A stretch of DNA of 64,000 nt from an uncultured Chlorobaculum sp. (GCA_965544465.1 CBEUNJ010000001.1:12316-76315); one strand, 5' to 3'; positions 1 through 11,144 are shown, numbered from the stretch's first letter. Notes: generated by a model from the sequence alone, not told the origin. Program-made: numbers and translations.

Positions 1-252
1 CATTTTCTGCAGATTCTGCATGTCGGTCAGGGGATCAGGAAATTATGGGTTACGAGTCTATGCAGCGGCAGGGTTAAGCTCTTTTTTGCGATTGTGATAA
101 CAAAGGCATCACCATTTTTCTCAAACGCAATCTTGGTTTTTCAAGATTTTTGTCAATCTTTAAAGTCTGCCTGTCGGCGATCTGGTTACAGAACCAGGGG
201 GAGCATATAAAACATTGCCGACGCTACGAAAAAATTCTAATCTACTGCTTCA

Positions 253-666
253 ATGAGCGAGAATCAAGATACACAGAAGAGCTTTCTCGAAACGGTGAAA
301 TTCGATGACCGCGGCCTGGTGCCCGCCATCGTGCAGGATTTCGAGACCGGTAAGGTGCTGATGATGGCATGGATGAATCTCGAAAGCCTGAAGATGACCC
401 TCGAAAAGAAAAAGGCGTGCTACTGGAGCCGCAGCCGCAACAAGCTCTGGCTCAAGGGCGAATCGTCCGGCAACATGCAGGAGGTGCACGACATTCTCAT
501 TGACTGCGACGGCGACACGCTCCTGCTCAAGGTCTCGCAGAAGGGCGGAGCCTGCCACATGGGCTACCACTCCTGCTTCTACAGAAAAACCACCGATGGA
601 GAGCAGATGGAAATCTGCGACACGCTGATGTTCGATCCCGAAGAGGTTTACGGCAAGCAAAGCTGA
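253..666 (+). CDS. hisI: phosphoribosyl-AMP cyclohydrolase
   Basis: [35 protein letters not shown] and ACH.GYHSCF motifs. Confidence 0.96.
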   Translation: MSENQDTQKSFLETVKFDDRGLVPAIVQDFETGKVLMMAWMNLESLKMTLEKKKACYWSRSRNKLWLKGESSGNMQEVHDILIDCDGDTLLLKVSQKGGACHMGYHSCFYRKTTDGEQMEICDTLMFDPEEVYGKQS

Positions 667-671
667 CACCG

Positions 672-1397
672 ATGAGCAGTTTCAAGGAGACCGCAAAGTC
701 CCTCATTCAATCCAAGTCGCGCTCCTCGATCCGCAACATGTTCGACGAGGTTGCACCGACTTACGACTTCCTGAACCACCTGTTGAGCTTCGGCATCGAC
801 AACTACTGGCGTGTCGTGGCCGCCAAAAAGGCACGAAAACAGGTGGAAGGTGAGCGCGAGCCGAACATTCTCGACGTGGCCACCGGCACCGGCGACCTGG
901 CCGCATTGATGGCCAAAATCCCCGGCGCGAAAGTGACCGGCTATGACCTCTCGCCCGAGATGCTCGCCATCGCGCGCAAGAAGTACCCGAACATCGAGTT
1001 CCATGAAGGCTTCGCTGAAAAAATGCCCTTCGCCAGCAAGAGCTTCCACGTCGTCAGCGCAGGTTTTGGCGTCCGGAACTTCGAAGACCTCGCGCAGGGC
1101 ATGCGGGAGTTTCACCGCGTGCTCAAGCCAGGAGGATGCGCTTACATTATCGAGCCGATGATTCCGCGCAACCAGGTCATGAAGAAACTTTATCTGATCT
1201 ACTTCAAGAACGTCCTGCCCAAAATCGCCGGAATGTTCAGCAAATCGACCTTTGCCTACGACTATCTCCCCAACTCCGTCGAGCAGTTCCCCCAAGCCGA
1301 ACAATTCACGAAGATTTTGAAGCAAGCGGGCTTCAGAAAAGCCGAGTACTTCCCGATGACCTTCGAGACTTCAATTTTGTACGTAGCGACGAAGTAA
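672..1397 (+). CDS. menG: demethylmenaquinone methyltransferase (UbiE/MenG family)
   Basis: [16 protein letters not shown]-binding [22 protein letters not shown]. Confidence 0.9.
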   Translation: MSSFKETAKSLIQSKSRSSIRNMFDEVAPTYDFLNHLLSFGIDNYWRVVAAKKARKQVEGEREPNILDVATGTGDLAALMAKIPGAKVTGYDLSPEMLAIARKKYPNIEFHEGFAEKMPFASKSFHVVSAGFGVRNFEDLAQGMREFHRVLKPGGCAYIIEPMIPRNQVMKKLYLIYFKNVLPKIAGMFSKSTFAYDYLPNSVEQFPQAEQFTKILKQAGFRKAEYFPMTFETSILYVATK

Positions 1398-1439
1398 AAA
1401 ATAGGACTGATAGGACCGTATACGCCCCATCAGCCCCAC
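1396..1439 (-). terminator. hairpin plus U-tract after crtU, with arms built from 9-bp tandem units
   Basis: ataggactg-ataggac (1401-1416) pairs with gccccatca-gccccac (1424-1439). Plus-strand A-C mismatches become G-U pairs on the minus strand. A1396-1401 gives a U-run. Confidence 0.6.
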
Positions 1440-1442
1440 TCC

Positions 1443-3386
1443 TCACGCAAAAATCCCCTGCATCGGCACGATTGGCAGCGGCCTCTGCCGTAGCGATTCT
1501 TTCGCAGCAATAGCATTGGCGGCCTGCTTGCCAGTGAAAGCGGCAGCTTCCATGAGGAAAACCGGAGCTTGGGTGCGTACCCAGTCTCCGGCGAGAAAGA
1601 GGTTGGCGTAGGGCGTTTCGACATCCGGCCTTGTGGCGTGGTCGCCGGGGGCCCAGCGGGTGAAGTTGGACTGCATCATGAAAATTTCATGCTGGATCGT
1701 GGCGTTCTTCGATTCCGGGAACATAGCGTACAGCTCTTGCAGCATCGCAGCGTGAATCTCCGGCTCAGGGCGGATGTCTTGTGGCGCAACGGCGTAGGCG
1801 TGCAGTTCAACAACGCAGCCACCGGTGCGCTTTGCCCAGTCGATGAAGGGCTGCTGGAAGCTCGAATAAAAGGTAATCGAGTCGGTGTAGGTGTAGCCCG
1901 ATACGGTGTAGAACGGGAAGTCAGCGGACGGAAGCGGGCGATCAAGCCAGACGCGCCAGACAACGTAGGGATCGGCCTCGCCGAGATCGGACACCTGTCC
2001 GGCAAACTCGCGGTTGTCAGGCTTGCTGTCGGCAATCAGCTCGCGGGTACCGCGCACGTCCGAGGCCACGACGCAGTAGTCGCACGGCAGCTCTTCGGCA
2101 GTGACGACGGTGGGCGACGAAGCTGACGACACCTGCTCGATAACGAGCATCTCCCCCGCTTCCCGCACCTCGAACCGAGCCAGTGGCGCTTTCGGCGGGC
2201 CGCTCACCGGTACCCCTTCGGCGTTGAAGCGGCCATCGTGGCAAGGGCAGTGAAAGCCCCCCGTTGCCGGATCGGGAGCCACCGGGCAACCCATGTGGGT
2301 ACAGCGCCCGTCGAGCGCCACCCACGCCGCGCCGTGCCGCGCCACGAGAACAGGAATCCCGCCGTCGGTCATCTTTTGCAGCCAGCCCGTCATCGGCACC
2401 TCGCGCTTGGGAATCGACGTTAACACGCCGCTCGAAGCTCCCGAGCCTGCGAGGCGCACCGATTTGACGCGACCATCCTGCATCGCAAGGCTCTGCGCCT
2501 TGTGCCCCTTCAGCACCCGCACGCCCATCTCATTGAGCTTGCGCTCCAGCGGATCAATGAGGGCGGTCATGCAATCCTTCGTGGTGATGTTGAAGGACAA
2601 GCCCTCGGGGCTTCCCATGAAATAGAAGTGGAAATAGCGCATCGCCTCGGCGGCCGAGAGCACCTCCATGCGGTTCATCGTGGCGTCGGCAAAGGGGTGC
2701 AACACTGTGTCGATAAATGCTGGAAGCACCTCTCCACGCTGGCAATAGGTCATAAAATCGATGCTATCCCAGTCGTGGAACGTGCGGTCATACTGGTAGC
2801 GAAACATGCTGATGACCGGCCACAGTCCGGGATAGTCCTTCAGAATCGACACGAGGTCGAGCCGTTTCGATTGCTGCACCACCGAGAGGACGTTAAACGG
2901 GAACCACTTCGGGGTCTGGCCAAACACCTCGACCTGCTGGTCGCTGAAGATGACGGGATAGCCAGGCGAAGCGGTAAACATCTCGCTGCCGATACCCGCC
3001 GAGGCGAACATTTCGTTCAGGTTGTAGTACTGATCGAAAAAGCCGTGAAAGCCGTGCTCCACCGGAAACCGCTCGCCGAGCGCCTCAATGGGCCAGCCGG
3101 TCAGCTTGCCGCCGAGCAACGGTGAGGCTTCAACGAGAGTTACCTCGAAATTCCGCCGCGCCAGTTCCAGCGCCGAGCTGATGCCCGCCAGCCCGCCACC
3201 GATCACCACTGCCTTTTTCGGCGTCGTCAGCTTTTCGGGAAGCTCATCGTTGTTCTTGCCAGAGGTCTCAAACACCTCCTTGCGCGGTTGATAATAGCCT
3301 ACAAAACCGGCAGTTGCGGCGGTCAATGCGCCCGCCGCAATACCAGCGCGTTTAAGGAAATGCTGAAAAAAATCGCGTCGCTGCAT
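1443..3386 (-). CDS. crtU: carotenoid phi-ring synthase (gamma-carotene desaturase/methyltransferase) with inserted Rieske domain
   Basis: FAD motif VVIGGGLAG, GGKLTGW..VEHGFHGFF, internal Rieske CTHMGC/CPCHDG, C-terminal LFLAGDW..MEAAAFTG; matches the architecture of green sulfur bacterial CrtU. Confidence 0.85.
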   Translation of the reverse strand: MQRRDFFQHFLKRAGIAAGALTAATAGFVGYYQPRKEVFETSGKNNDELPEKLTTPKKAVVIGGGLAGISSALELARRNFEVTLVEASPLLGGKLTGWPIEALGERFPVEHGFHGFFDQYYNLNEMFASAGIGSEMFTASPGYPVIFSDQQVEVFGQTPKWFPFNVLSVVQQSKRLDLVSILKDYPGLWPVISMFRYQYDRTFHDWDSIDFMTYCQRGEVLPAFIDTVLHPFADATMNRMEVLSAAEAMRYFHFYFMGSPEGLSFNITTKDCMTALIDPLERKLNEMGVRVLKGHKAQSLAMQDGRVKSVRLAGSGASSGVLTSIPKREVPMTGWLQKMTDGGIPVLVARHGAAWVALDGRCTHMGCPVAPDPATGGFHCPCHDGRFNAEGVPVSGPPKAPLARFEVREAGEMLVIEQVSSASSPTVVTAEELPCDYCVVASDVRGTRELIADSKPDNREFAGQVSDLGEADPYVVWRVWLDRPLPSADFPFYTVSGYTYTDSITFYSSFQQPFIDWAKRTGGCVVELHAYAVAPQDIRPEPEIHAAMLQELYAMFPESKNATIQHEIFMMQSNFTRWAPGDHATRPDVETPYANLFLAGDWVRTQAPVFLMEAAAFTGKQAANAIAAKESLRQRPLPIVPMQGIFA

Positions 3387-3488
3387 GAGGAAAAAGATAG
3401 TGGTTCGAGATGGTGCGGAACAACTACGTGAAGTTGACTTGTATATTTAAGAAGAAATGCGGGTTATCGCAACCAGTGATGATTTGAT

Positions 3489-4424
3489 ATGTCTGAAAAG
3501 CGGCTGACCATGAAAGAAACGATCCGGCAAAAAGCTCTTGATCTCGGCTTTTGCGCTGCCGGATTCGCCACCGTCGAGCCGCTGTCCGGGGCGCTGGCAG
3601 TGTATCGAGCGATGATCGAAGAGAGGCGACACGGCGAAATGAGCTACCTCGAAACCGGCCTCGAAGCGCGTGCCAATCCCGAACTGCTCTTGTCGGGCCT
3701 CAAAACCGTCCTCTCCGTCGCTTTGCCGTGGCCCGCGCCCCCAACGCCCAGCGCGATATCCGGCTACGCCGTCATTGCGGATTACCACCGGGTGGTCGGC
3801 AAGTTACTGAATGACTTGTTTGACTTCATCCGCTTGATCTGCGAGCAACCGGTCAACGGCAAGGTCTGCGTAGATAGCTCGCCCGTGCTCGAAAAAGGGT
3901 GGGCCGAAGCCGCCGGAATCGGGCGCACCGGCAAGAATTCGCTGCTCATAGTGCCCGGTTACGGCTCACGGGTCTTCCTCGGCGAGCTGCTGCTCGAGCT
4001 CGAACTCGAACCCGATACGCCACTCGACTGGAACCCCTGCGAAGGCTGCTCAATCTGCTGCGAGGCCTGCCCCACCGGAGCACTCATCGCCCCCAACAAG
4101 CTCGACGCCCGACGCTGCATCTCATATTTGACGATCGAGCTGAAACGCGACTTCACGAAAGAAGAGGCAGCGATGACCGGCGGCTGGCTCTACGGCTGCG
4201 ACCACTGCCTCAACGCCTGCCCGCACAACGCTACCGAAGCTGATAAAGCATTCCCCAGCTTCATACCAAAAGAAGAGTTGGTACACCTGACCCCCGCCAA
4301 AGCGCTCGAACTCACCAACTCGCAATTCCGGAAACTCTTCGCCGGAACCCCAGCAATGCGCCTCGGCCTGAAGCGGCTGAAGCGAAATGCGAGAGCAGCG
4401 CTTGCAACAACGAACAAGCCATAA
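3489..4424 (+). CDS. queG: epoxyqueuosine reductase
   Basis: VDSSPVLEK.WA..AGIG..GKNSLLI, CEGCSICCEACPTGA, RCISYLTIE, YGCDHCL.ACPHN; start could be 3510. Confidence 0.9.
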   Translation: MSEKRLTMKETIRQKALDLGFCAAGFATVEPLSGALAVYRAMIEERRHGEMSYLETGLEARANPELLLSGLKTVLSVALPWPAPPTPSAISGYAVIADYHRVVGKLLNDLFDFIRLICEQPVNGKVCVDSSPVLEKGWAEAAGIGRTGKNSLLIVPGYGSRVFLGELLLELELEPDTPLDWNPCEGCSICCEACPTGALIAPNKLDARRCISYLTIELKRDFTKEEAAMTGGWLYGCDHCLNACPHNATEADKAFPSFIPKEELVHLTPAKALELTNSQFRKLFAGTPAMRLGLKRLKRNARAALATTNKP

Positions 4425-4471
4425 ATCCCGTTTCTATCCCTGAACCCCTTGATTACAAATAACCGCTGAAC

Positions 4472-4957
4472 ATGGAAACCACCACCATCCTCTGGATAGC
4501 TTCCGCCCTCCTGCTCATCGCCGGATTCGCAGGCCTGCTCTTGCCCGCGCTGCCCGGTATCCTGCTTATCTTCGCGGGACTCGTGTTCGCCGCCTGGGCG
4601 GAACACTTCGCCTACATCGGCTGGGGCACACTCACCGTTCTCGGCGTGCTCACCGCGGCGGCTTATCTCATCGACTTCCTCGCCGGACTGCTCGGAGCAA
4701 AACGCTTCGGCGCAGGAAAACACGGCATCATCGGTGCGGCCATCGGAACGATGATTGGCCTTATCTTCGGCCTGCCGGGCATCATCATCGGCCCCTTCAT
4801 CGGAGCCGTCCTCGGCGAACTCTACGCCAACAAAGACCTTCGCACCGCCGGCACTGCCGGACTCGGCACCTGGCTTGGCATGGCCATCGGCATCGCCGTC
4901 CGCATCGCCGTCGCGTTCGTTATGGTCGGGGTGTTTTTGGTGGTGAGATTTTTGTAG
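4472..4957 (+). CDS. DUF456 (YqgC-like) family membrane protein
   Basis: Highly hydrophobic; LLLPALPG, GAKRFGAGK.GIIGA.IG, GIIIGPFIGAVLGEL pattern. Confidence 0.75.
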   Translation: METTTILWIASALLLIAGFAGLLLPALPGILLIFAGLVFAAWAEHFAYIGWGTLTVLGVLTAAAYLIDFLAGLLGAKRFGAGKHGIIGAAIGTMIGLIFGLPGIIIGPFIGAVLGELYANKDLRTAGTAGLGTWLGMAIGIAVRIAVAFVMVGVFLVVRFL

Positions 4958-5062
4958 AAGGCGCGACCTAACAAGCATCCTGCAGGAAGTAAAAAAGCAG
5001 CATGGACAACATTCATCTCTTTGTCCATGCTGCTGTTGCGTTCTATATCCAGACGATTTACC

Positions 5063-6634
5063 TCAGTGCTTGAAGTGACGCATTCCGGTGAACACCATCG
5101 CCAGGTTGTTGGCGTCAGCGGCTTCGATGACTTCGTTATCGCGAATGGAGCCTCCGGGCTGGATGACGGCGGTCACTCCGGCTTCGGCGGCGGCGAGAAG
5201 GCCGTCAGCGAAGGGGAAGAAGGCGTCCGATGCGACGACCGAACCCTTGAGGTCGAGACCCACTTCCGAGGCTTTCCAGCGGGCGATTTTGGAGGAATCA
5301 ACGCGCGACATCTGACCTGCGCCGACGCCGAAGGTCTGGCGGTTCTTGACGTAGAGAATCGTGTTGGACTTGATGTGTCGGCAAATCTTCCAAGCGAACA
5401 TCAGATCGGCCAGCTCCTCGTCGGTCGGCTGGCGTTTGGTAACCACCTGCAGCTCTTCGGGGGCGACCATCTTGCTGTCGCGCTCCTGCACGAGCATTCC
5501 GAACGGCGTGGATTTGAACTCCCAACCCGCTTTCGGCAGCGGCTGCTTCTGGAGCACAAGGCGACGATCCTTCTTCTTCATGAGCAGGTCAAGCACGCCC
5601 TCCTCGAAAGCCGGAGCGATGAGGATTTCGGTAAATATCTCGTTGACTGCCTTGGCTGTCTCCATGTCGAGCGGGCGGTTGAACGCGATGATGCCGCCGA
5701 ACGGAGCTTGCGTGTCGGTCGAAAAGGCTTTGCGGTAGGCCTCGCAAAGCGTCGGGGCTTGGGCGACGCCGCACGGGTTGGTGTGCTTGACAATCACCAC
5801 CGACGGCTCTTCGCCGCGGAACTCTTCGATGATGCCGGTCGCGGCGGCAATATCAAGCATATTGTTGTAGGACAACTCTTTACCGTGCAGCTTCTCGAAC
5901 ATCGAGCCAAACGAGCGCGCACCGTTGCCATCGTCCATCTTGTAGAGTGCGGCACTCTGGTGCGGGTTCTCGCCGTAGCGCATCCCCAGCTCTTTTTCGA
6001 GCCGGACGGTCATCGTGTCGGCGGCGGACTCGATTCCGGCAGCTTTGGCCATGTAGGCCGCGATAGCCGTGTCGTAACGCGAGGTCAGCGCATAGACTTT
6101 AGCGGCGAGCGTCAGGCGGGTCGCCCTCTTGGTTGCGCCGCCATTGGACTTCATTTCATCAAGCACAGTGGCGTAATCGGCAGCGTCGGTGATGACCGTG
6201 ACTGACTCGTTGTTCTTGGCCGCGCTACGCAGCATCGACGGGCCACCGATGTCGATATTCTCGATCGCCTCCTCGAAGCTCACATCCGCCTTGGCGATGG
6301 TCGCCTCGAAGGGGTAGAGGTTCACTGCCACGAGGTCAATGAATTCGATGCCGTTCTCGCGCGCCGCCTGCTGGTGCTCAGCGTTATCGCGAACGGCGAG
6401 CAGACCGCCGTGAATTTTTGGATGGAGCGTCTTGACCCTGCCGTCCATGATCTCCGGAAAACCGGTGATGTTCGAGATGGATGCAGCTGCAACACCGGCA
6501 TCCTGAAGTGTTTTTAGGGTACCGCCGGTAGAGAAAATTTCGACACCCATCGAGGCCAGTTCACGACAGAAATCGACGATGCCGGTTTTGTCGGAAACGG
6601 ATACGAGCGCCCGTTTGATGACAGGATCAAGCAT
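5063..6634 (-). CDS. purH: bifunctional AICAR transformylase/IMP cyclohydrolase
   Basis: [55 protein letters not shown]; start trimmed to ATG 6634. Confidence 0.97.
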   Translation of the reverse strand: MLDPVIKRALVSVSDKTGIVDFCRELASMGVEIFSTGGTLKTLQDAGVAAASISNITGFPEIMDGRVKTLHPKIHGGLLAVRDNAEHQQAARENGIEFIDLVAVNLYPFEATIAKADVSFEEAIENIDIGGPSMLRSAAKNNESVTVITDAADYATVLDEMKSNGGATKRATRLTLAAKVYALTSRYDTAIAAYMAKAAGIESAADTMTVRLEKELGMRYGENPHQSAALYKMDDGNGARSFGSMFEKLHGKELSYNNMLDIAAATGIIEEFRGEEPSVVIVKHTNPCGVAQAPTLCEAYRKAFSTDTQAPFGGIIAFNRPLDMETAKAVNEIFTEILIAPAFEEGVLDLLMKKKDRRLVLQKQPLPKAGWEFKSTPFGMLVQERDSKMVAPEELQVVTKRQPTDEELADLMFAWKICRHIKSNTILYVKNRQTFGVGAGQMSRVDSSKIARWKASEVGLDLKGSVVASDAFFPFADGLLAAAEAGVTAVIQPGGSIRDNEVIEAADANNLAMVFTGMRHFKH

Positions 6635-6823
6635 GAGCAGAACATTATTTTCGTTTGAATCGTAAAGTGAAACGGGGAATTTACAAAAATCCGAGATTTT
6701 ACCGACCGGAGAACCAACCTTAGTTTCCTCCTGATCCAGGCACAGGAAACCTTTCGGCTTGAAAAAAGCAACGTTAGGGTGCATATTAGAAGAACTTCAC
6801 AACATCCTTTGCTCTTGATCTGA

Positions 6824-7426
6824 ATGAGTGACAACAAAACACGGCTGGCGGTCTTCTGCTCGGGAACGGGCTCCAATTTCAAGGCGCTTTTCCATGCAAT
6901 CATCGAGCGAGAGCTGCCCGCTGAAATTGTGCTCTGCCTCTCAAACCGCTCGCAATGCGGCGCTATGGATTTTGCGAAAGAGTATGGCATCGAGGCAATG
7001 CACCTGTCGGAATCGCAGTTCGGTTCATATGACGATTTTGCCCACGCGATGCTGGAAGCGCTCCGTGAAAGGCAGATCGACATGATCCTGCTTGCCGGCT
7101 ACTTGCGCAAGGTTCCGGACGCGGTGCTTGCTGCCTGGCCCGAAAAGATCGTGAACATCCACCCGGCCCTGCTGCCGCAGTTCGGCGGGCCCGGTATGTA
7201 CGGCATCAACGTCCACAAGGCGGTGATTGCGTCAGGCGAAACCCGGAGCGGCGCGACGGTTCACTTCGTCAACGAGGAGTACGACAAGGGGCGCATCATC
7301 AAGCAAAATCATGTACCGGTGCTGCCGGACGACACGCCCGAATCGCTCGCCAAACGGGTGCTCCGTTGCGAGCACCGCCTCTACCCCGACACGCTCGAAC
7401 AACTGCTTGACAAGCAGAAGCCATGA
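6824..7426 (+). CDS. purN: phosphoribosylglycinamide formyltransferase
   Basis: SGTGSNF, VNIHPALLP.FGG, SGATVHFV.EEYD.G. Confidence 0.96.
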   Translation: MSDNKTRLAVFCSGTGSNFKALFHAIIERELPAEIVLCLSNRSQCGAMDFAKEYGIEAMHLSESQFGSYDDFAHAMLEALRERQIDMILLAGYLRKVPDAVLAAWPEKIVNIHPALLPQFGGPGMYGINVHKAVIASGETRSGATVHFVNEEYDKGRIIKQNHVPVLPDDTPESLAKRVLRCEHRLYPDTLEQLLDKQKP

Positions 7427-8082
7427 CGACGGCGACCATCCGCATCAGCGAAATCTTCCACTCCATTCAGGGCGAATCATCATTCGCCGGATGGCCGTGC
7501 GCCTTCGTACGCCTGGCAGGATGCGGTCACGGTTGCACCTACTGCGATACAACGTACGCCGAGGAAATGGGCACGACAATGACGATTGATGAAATCGTCC
7601 GTCGCACGCTTGCCTTTGATGCGCCAATCGTCGAAGTCACCGGCGGCGAGCCGCTGCTTCAGCCGGAGGTCTATCCGCTACTCTCTGCACTCTGCGACAA
7701 GGGCGCGAAGGTTCTGATTGAAACCGGCGGTTTTCTGCCGGTCGATCGCGTCGATCCGCGCGTGCACACCATCATCGACATCAAGACTCCGTCGTCTGGC
7801 GTGTCCGACAACAATTGCCTTGACAACATTCTGCTGGCAATCACCTCGCCCGACTGCTTCGAGTTCAAGATCGTCGTGGCATCGGAGGAGGACTACCTGT
7901 GGGCGCGTGAGTTCATCACGAAGCAAGGCCTGCTTGGCAAGTGCGCGCTCATCTTCGGCACCGTGTTCAGCCAGCTCGAACCGCGCCTGCTGGCGGAGTG
8001 GATTCTGCGCGACCGGCTCCCGGTGCGAATGCAGCTCCAGTTGCACAAGTACATCTGGGAGCCCGAAACGCGCGGGGTGTAG
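7423..8082 (+). CDS. queE: 7-carboxy-7-deazaguanine synthase (radical SAM)
   Basis: EIFHSIQGE, FVRLAGC..GC.YCDT, VTGGEPLLQ, IETGG, QLQLHKYIW; ATGA overlap with purN. Confidence 0.9.
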   Translation: MTTATIRISEIFHSIQGESSFAGWPCAFVRLAGCGHGCTYCDTTYAEEMGTTMTIDEIVRRTLAFDAPIVEVTGGEPLLQPEVYPLLSALCDKGAKVLIETGGFLPVDRVDPRVHTIIDIKTPSSGVSDNNCLDNILLAITSPDCFEFKIVVASEEDYLWAREFITKQGLLGKCALIFGTVFSQLEPRLLAEWILRDRLPVRMQLQLHKYIWEPETRGV

Positions 8083-9069
8083 ATGACGAGTCTGTCGGTC
8101 ATCGTGCCACTCTACAACGAGCGGGAATCACTGCCGGAGCTGTGCCGTCAACTCTTTGCCGCGCTCGAAAGCGACGAGCTTGCACGCTGCTTCGAGCCGC
8201 CGTTCAGCTACGAAGTGATTATGGTTGACGACGGCTCCACGGACGGCTCCGACCAAGTGATTGGCGAGTTGATGGCAGGCAGGCCGGAGCTGCGGATGAT
8301 TTCGTTCCGACGCAATTACGGCAAAACCGAAGCGCTCTCGGCGGGCTTGCGCGCGGCATCAGGCGAGGTGGTGGTAACGATGGACGCCGATTTGCAGGAC
8401 GACCCTCGGGAGATTGCCTCGCTGGTGACGAAGATGCGCGAAGGGTTCGACCTGGTGAGCGGCTGGAAGCGCGAGCGCAACGACCCGCTAAGCAAAACCG
8501 CGCCATCGAAGCTCTTCAATTTAACGACGCGCCTCTTCACCGGCATTCCGCTGCACGACTTCAACTGCGGCCTAAAAGCGTTCAGCCGTGAGCTGGCCGA
8601 CTCGCTCAACCTGCACGGCCAGATGCACCGCTATATTCCGGTACTGGCGCAGTGGAAGGGGTTCCGCGTCTCGGAAATTCCGGTTCGCCACCACGCACGC
8701 AAATTCGGCGAAAGCAAGTTCGGCACCTCACGCTTCCTGCCCGGCCTGTTTGATTTTCTCTCGGTGCTCTTCATCACGCGCTACCTCAAGCGCCCGATGC
8801 ACTTTTTCGGTATGATGGGCCTCGGCAGCTTCGTGATTGGATCGAGCATCAGCCTGTACGTCACCATCGAAAAGTATCTCTTCGACAAACCAGCAGGCAA
8901 CCGCCCGATCCTCTTCCTCGGCATCCTGCTCATCATCCTCGGCGTGCAGCTCTTTTCGACCGGCCTGCTCGGCGAGCTGCTCTCGATGCGTCCGTCGCAC
9001 AACGACAGCTGGTCGATCCGCCGCACGGAAAACATTCCGGATGAAATCGCAGAAACACTGAGCGAATGA
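8083..9069 (+). CDS. GT2 glycosyltransferase, polyprenyl-phosphate type (ArnC/GtrB-like)
   Basis: [41 protein letters not shown], two C-terminal TM helices. Confidence 0.88.
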   Translation: MTSLSVIVPLYNERESLPELCRQLFAALESDELARCFEPPFSYEVIMVDDGSTDGSDQVIGELMAGRPELRMISFRRNYGKTEALSAGLRAASGEVVVTMDADLQDDPREIASLVTKMREGFDLVSGWKRERNDPLSKTAPSKLFNLTTRLFTGIPLHDFNCGLKAFSRELADSLNLHGQMHRYIPVLAQWKGFRVSEIPVRHHARKFGESKFGTSRFLPGLFDFLSVLFITRYLKRPMHFFGMMGLGSFVIGSSISLYVTIEKYLFDKPAGNRPILFLGILLIILGVQLFSTGLLGELLSMRPSHNDSWSIRRTENIPDEIAETLSE

Positions 9070-9131
9070 ACCTTCAGTGGCAATTCGCCGTTACCCTCTC
9101 AATTCACGAAAACATCCAAAACAGACGGTCT

Positions 9132-9977
9132 ATGAAACGGGTCGGAGCCCATGTCAGTATCGCCGGAGGCGTCGAGAACGCCCCGCTCAATGCACAAAAA
9201 ATCGGAGCAAAAGCATTCGCCATGTTCACCCGAAACCAGCGCCAATGGCACTCCGCACCGCTTTCGCCAGAATCGATCGAGGCGTTCAAGGCCAACTGCA
9301 AACAAGTGGGCATCCGTCCGGAGCACATTCTGCCGCACGACAGCTACCTCATCAACCTCGGCGCTCCCGAGCCAGGAAAGCTGGAAAAGTCGCGCAAGGC
9401 TTTTGTGACAGAGATGCAGCGCACCGAAGTGCTCGGCCTGGCGATGCTGAATTTCCATCCCGGCAGCCATTTGAATCTCGTCAGTGAAAATGAGTGCCTC
9501 GCCACCATCGCCGAGTCGGTGAATCTGTCGCTCGACGCAACGGTGGGCGTAACGGCAGTGATCGAAAATACGGCGGGACAAGGCAGTAATCTCGGCTGGC
9601 GCTTCGAGCATCTGGCGCGGATCATCGAGCTGGTCGAAGACAAATCGCGCGTCGGCGTCTGCCTCGATACCTGCCACCTGTTCGCCAGCGGCTACGATTT
9701 GCGCACGCCGGAGGCGTTCGACACGACGCTTGAGGAGTTTGACCGTGTGGTGGGATTACGTTATCTGCGGGGGATGCATCTGAACGACGCCAAGCAGAAG
9801 CTCGGCAGCCGGGTTGACCGGCACGCCTGCATCGGCGAGGGAATGATCGGGCGCGAAGCGTTCGAATACCTTATGCGCCACCCGGCGATGGAGGAGATTC
9901 CGCTGATCCTCGAAACCCCGAATGCCGAAGGCTGGGCCGAAGAGATCGCCATGCTTTACAGCTTCATAGAAGCATAA
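9132..9977 (+). CDS. nfo: endonuclease IV (AP endonuclease)
   Basis: [51 protein letters not shown]; start at MKRVGAH. Confidence 0.95.
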   Translation: MKRVGAHVSIAGGVENAPLNAQKIGAKAFAMFTRNQRQWHSAPLSPESIEAFKANCKQVGIRPEHILPHDSYLINLGAPEPGKLEKSRKAFVTEMQRTEVLGLAMLNFHPGSHLNLVSENECLATIAESVNLSLDATVGVTAVIENTAGQGSNLGWRFEHLARIIELVEDKSRVGVCLDTCHLFASGYDLRTPEAFDTTLEEFDRVVGLRYLRGMHLNDAKQKLGSRVDRHACIGEGMIGREAFEYLMRHPAMEEIPLILETPNAEGWAEEIAMLYSFIEA

Positions 9978-10036
9978 AATCCGCCCCCAACGCTTTCACC
10001 CTGCTATCCTTGAAATCCCCCGGCCGTCCTTTTCGT

Positions 10037-10909
10037 TCAAGCCTTCCTGAGAAAGCGCGCCACCGAGAACACGCTGCCGAACACCCCGAGCGCGAGGCCG
10101 AGAACGGCAAGTGCAGGATAGATATAGAGCGTCGAGGGGTGCAGAATCTGATAGATAGCGGGCTCATAGCGCAGCAAGGCCTGCTCGAAGGCAAGCCAGA
10201 GACCAAGCGCGGCCAAGCCGCCCGATACCAGCCCAAGCACCGCACCTTCAATCAAAAACGGCGCACTGATAAAGCGGCGGGTGGCGCCGACCAGCCTCAT
10301 GGTCTTGATCCGATCACGCCGAGCGTACATGGCAAGACGCACCGTAAAGGCGTTCATGACAATGGTTGCCAGCGCAATCACGCCACCGGCCACAGCTGTA
10401 ATTAGCGTAAAAAGATGCGCATTTTTCTCAATGCTGGTCAGGTACTCCTGATTGTAGCGAATGTCAAGCCCCGGATGAAGAGCGTTGATTTTCTTTCTGA
10501 TAACGGCGATACTGTCCGGAATGGCGTAGCGTTGATCGATGTTGAGAGTCATCGAACGCGGCAGAGGATTCATACCAAGAATGGTCACCACATCCTCGCC
10601 AAAATCGCGCTGGAACCTCGACGCAGCCTCGTCGCGCGAGATGTAGTGCGCCTCGGCGACCCCCGGAATCACCTGCATCTTTTCGCCGAGCGAGTGGGCC
10701 TCCGAGTTGCTGAGAGCCTCATCGAAAAATACTTCCAGCTCCACGCGCGAACGCACCTCTTGAATCACCTGGTAAAAACTGAGCGACACCGTGCCGAACA
10801 AGCCCAGCAACAGCAGCGAAAAAAATCCGACGGCTATGGTTACAAAGGCAGGGAGCTTGGCCCGTCCAATCCCTGCAAATCCCTCTTTGATACTGTATAA
10901 CAGCCCCAT
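10037..10909 (-). CDS. ftsX: cell division permease-like protein FtsX
   Basis: TM1, periplasmic domain, 3 TM; RDRIKTMRLVGATRRFI..PF..EG signature. Confidence 0.88.
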   Translation of the reverse strand: MGLLYSIKEGFAGIGRAKLPAFVTIAVGFFSLLLLGLFGTVSLSFYQVIQEVRSRVELEVFFDEALSNSEAHSLGEKMQVIPGVAEAHYISRDEAASRFQRDFGEDVVTILGMNPLPRSMTLNIDQRYAIPDSIAVIRKKINALHPGLDIRYNQEYLTSIEKNAHLFTLITAVAGGVIALATIVMNAFTVRLAMYARRDRIKTMRLVGATRRFISAPFLIEGAVLGLVSGGLAALGLWLAFEQALLRYEPAIYQILHPSTLYIYPALAVLGLALGVFGSVFSVARFLRKA

Positions 10910-11008
10910 AGTGTCATTTTTTTTCGGCTTTGGAAATTTTTATACCCAAGATTCAAAAAAAGCGGTTGGAAATCCAACTTTTTTTTCAGATAATTAAGCC
11001 TTCCTGAT

Positions 11009-11081
11009 GGGGCTATAGCTCAGTTGGTAGAGCATTTGCATGGCATGCAAAGGGTCAGGAGTTCGAGTCTCCTTAGCTCCA
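11009..11081 (+). tRNA. tRNA-Ala(GGC)
   Basis: GGGGCTA/TAGCTCC acceptor stem with G3:U70, D-arm AGCTCAGTTGGTAGAGC, anticodon arm TTTGC-ATGGCAT-GCAAA, TTCGAGT loop; CCA not encoded. Confidence 0.97.
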
Positions 11082-11094
11082 CAGAAAATAACAG

Positions 11095-11123
11095 AAAAAG
11101 CGCAGCTCCAACTGCGCTTTTTT
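11095..11123. terminator. bidirectional intrinsic terminator
   Basis: AAAAAGCGCAG-ctccaa-CTGCGCTTTTT between tRNA-Ala and a convergent gene. Confidence 0.85.
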
Positions 11124-11144
11124 CGTCTCTTGCCGCTGGATGCC

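Noticed and set aside
5063-6784. N-terminal extensions in the ORF track (purH, nfo, purF, ileS, gltX, ychF, ispH, kdsD, gatA)
   Set aside because: Low-GC, non-conserved-looking sequence ahead of the family N-terminal motif; starts were trimmed accordingly.
7423-9977. queE + glycosyltransferase + nuclease as a 7-deazaguanine DNA-modification system
   Set aside because: No dpdA/tgt, folE, queC or queD nearby; the GT2 is a membrane polyprenyl type and nfo is a standard repair enzyme; queG in the window points to ordinary queuosine synthesis.
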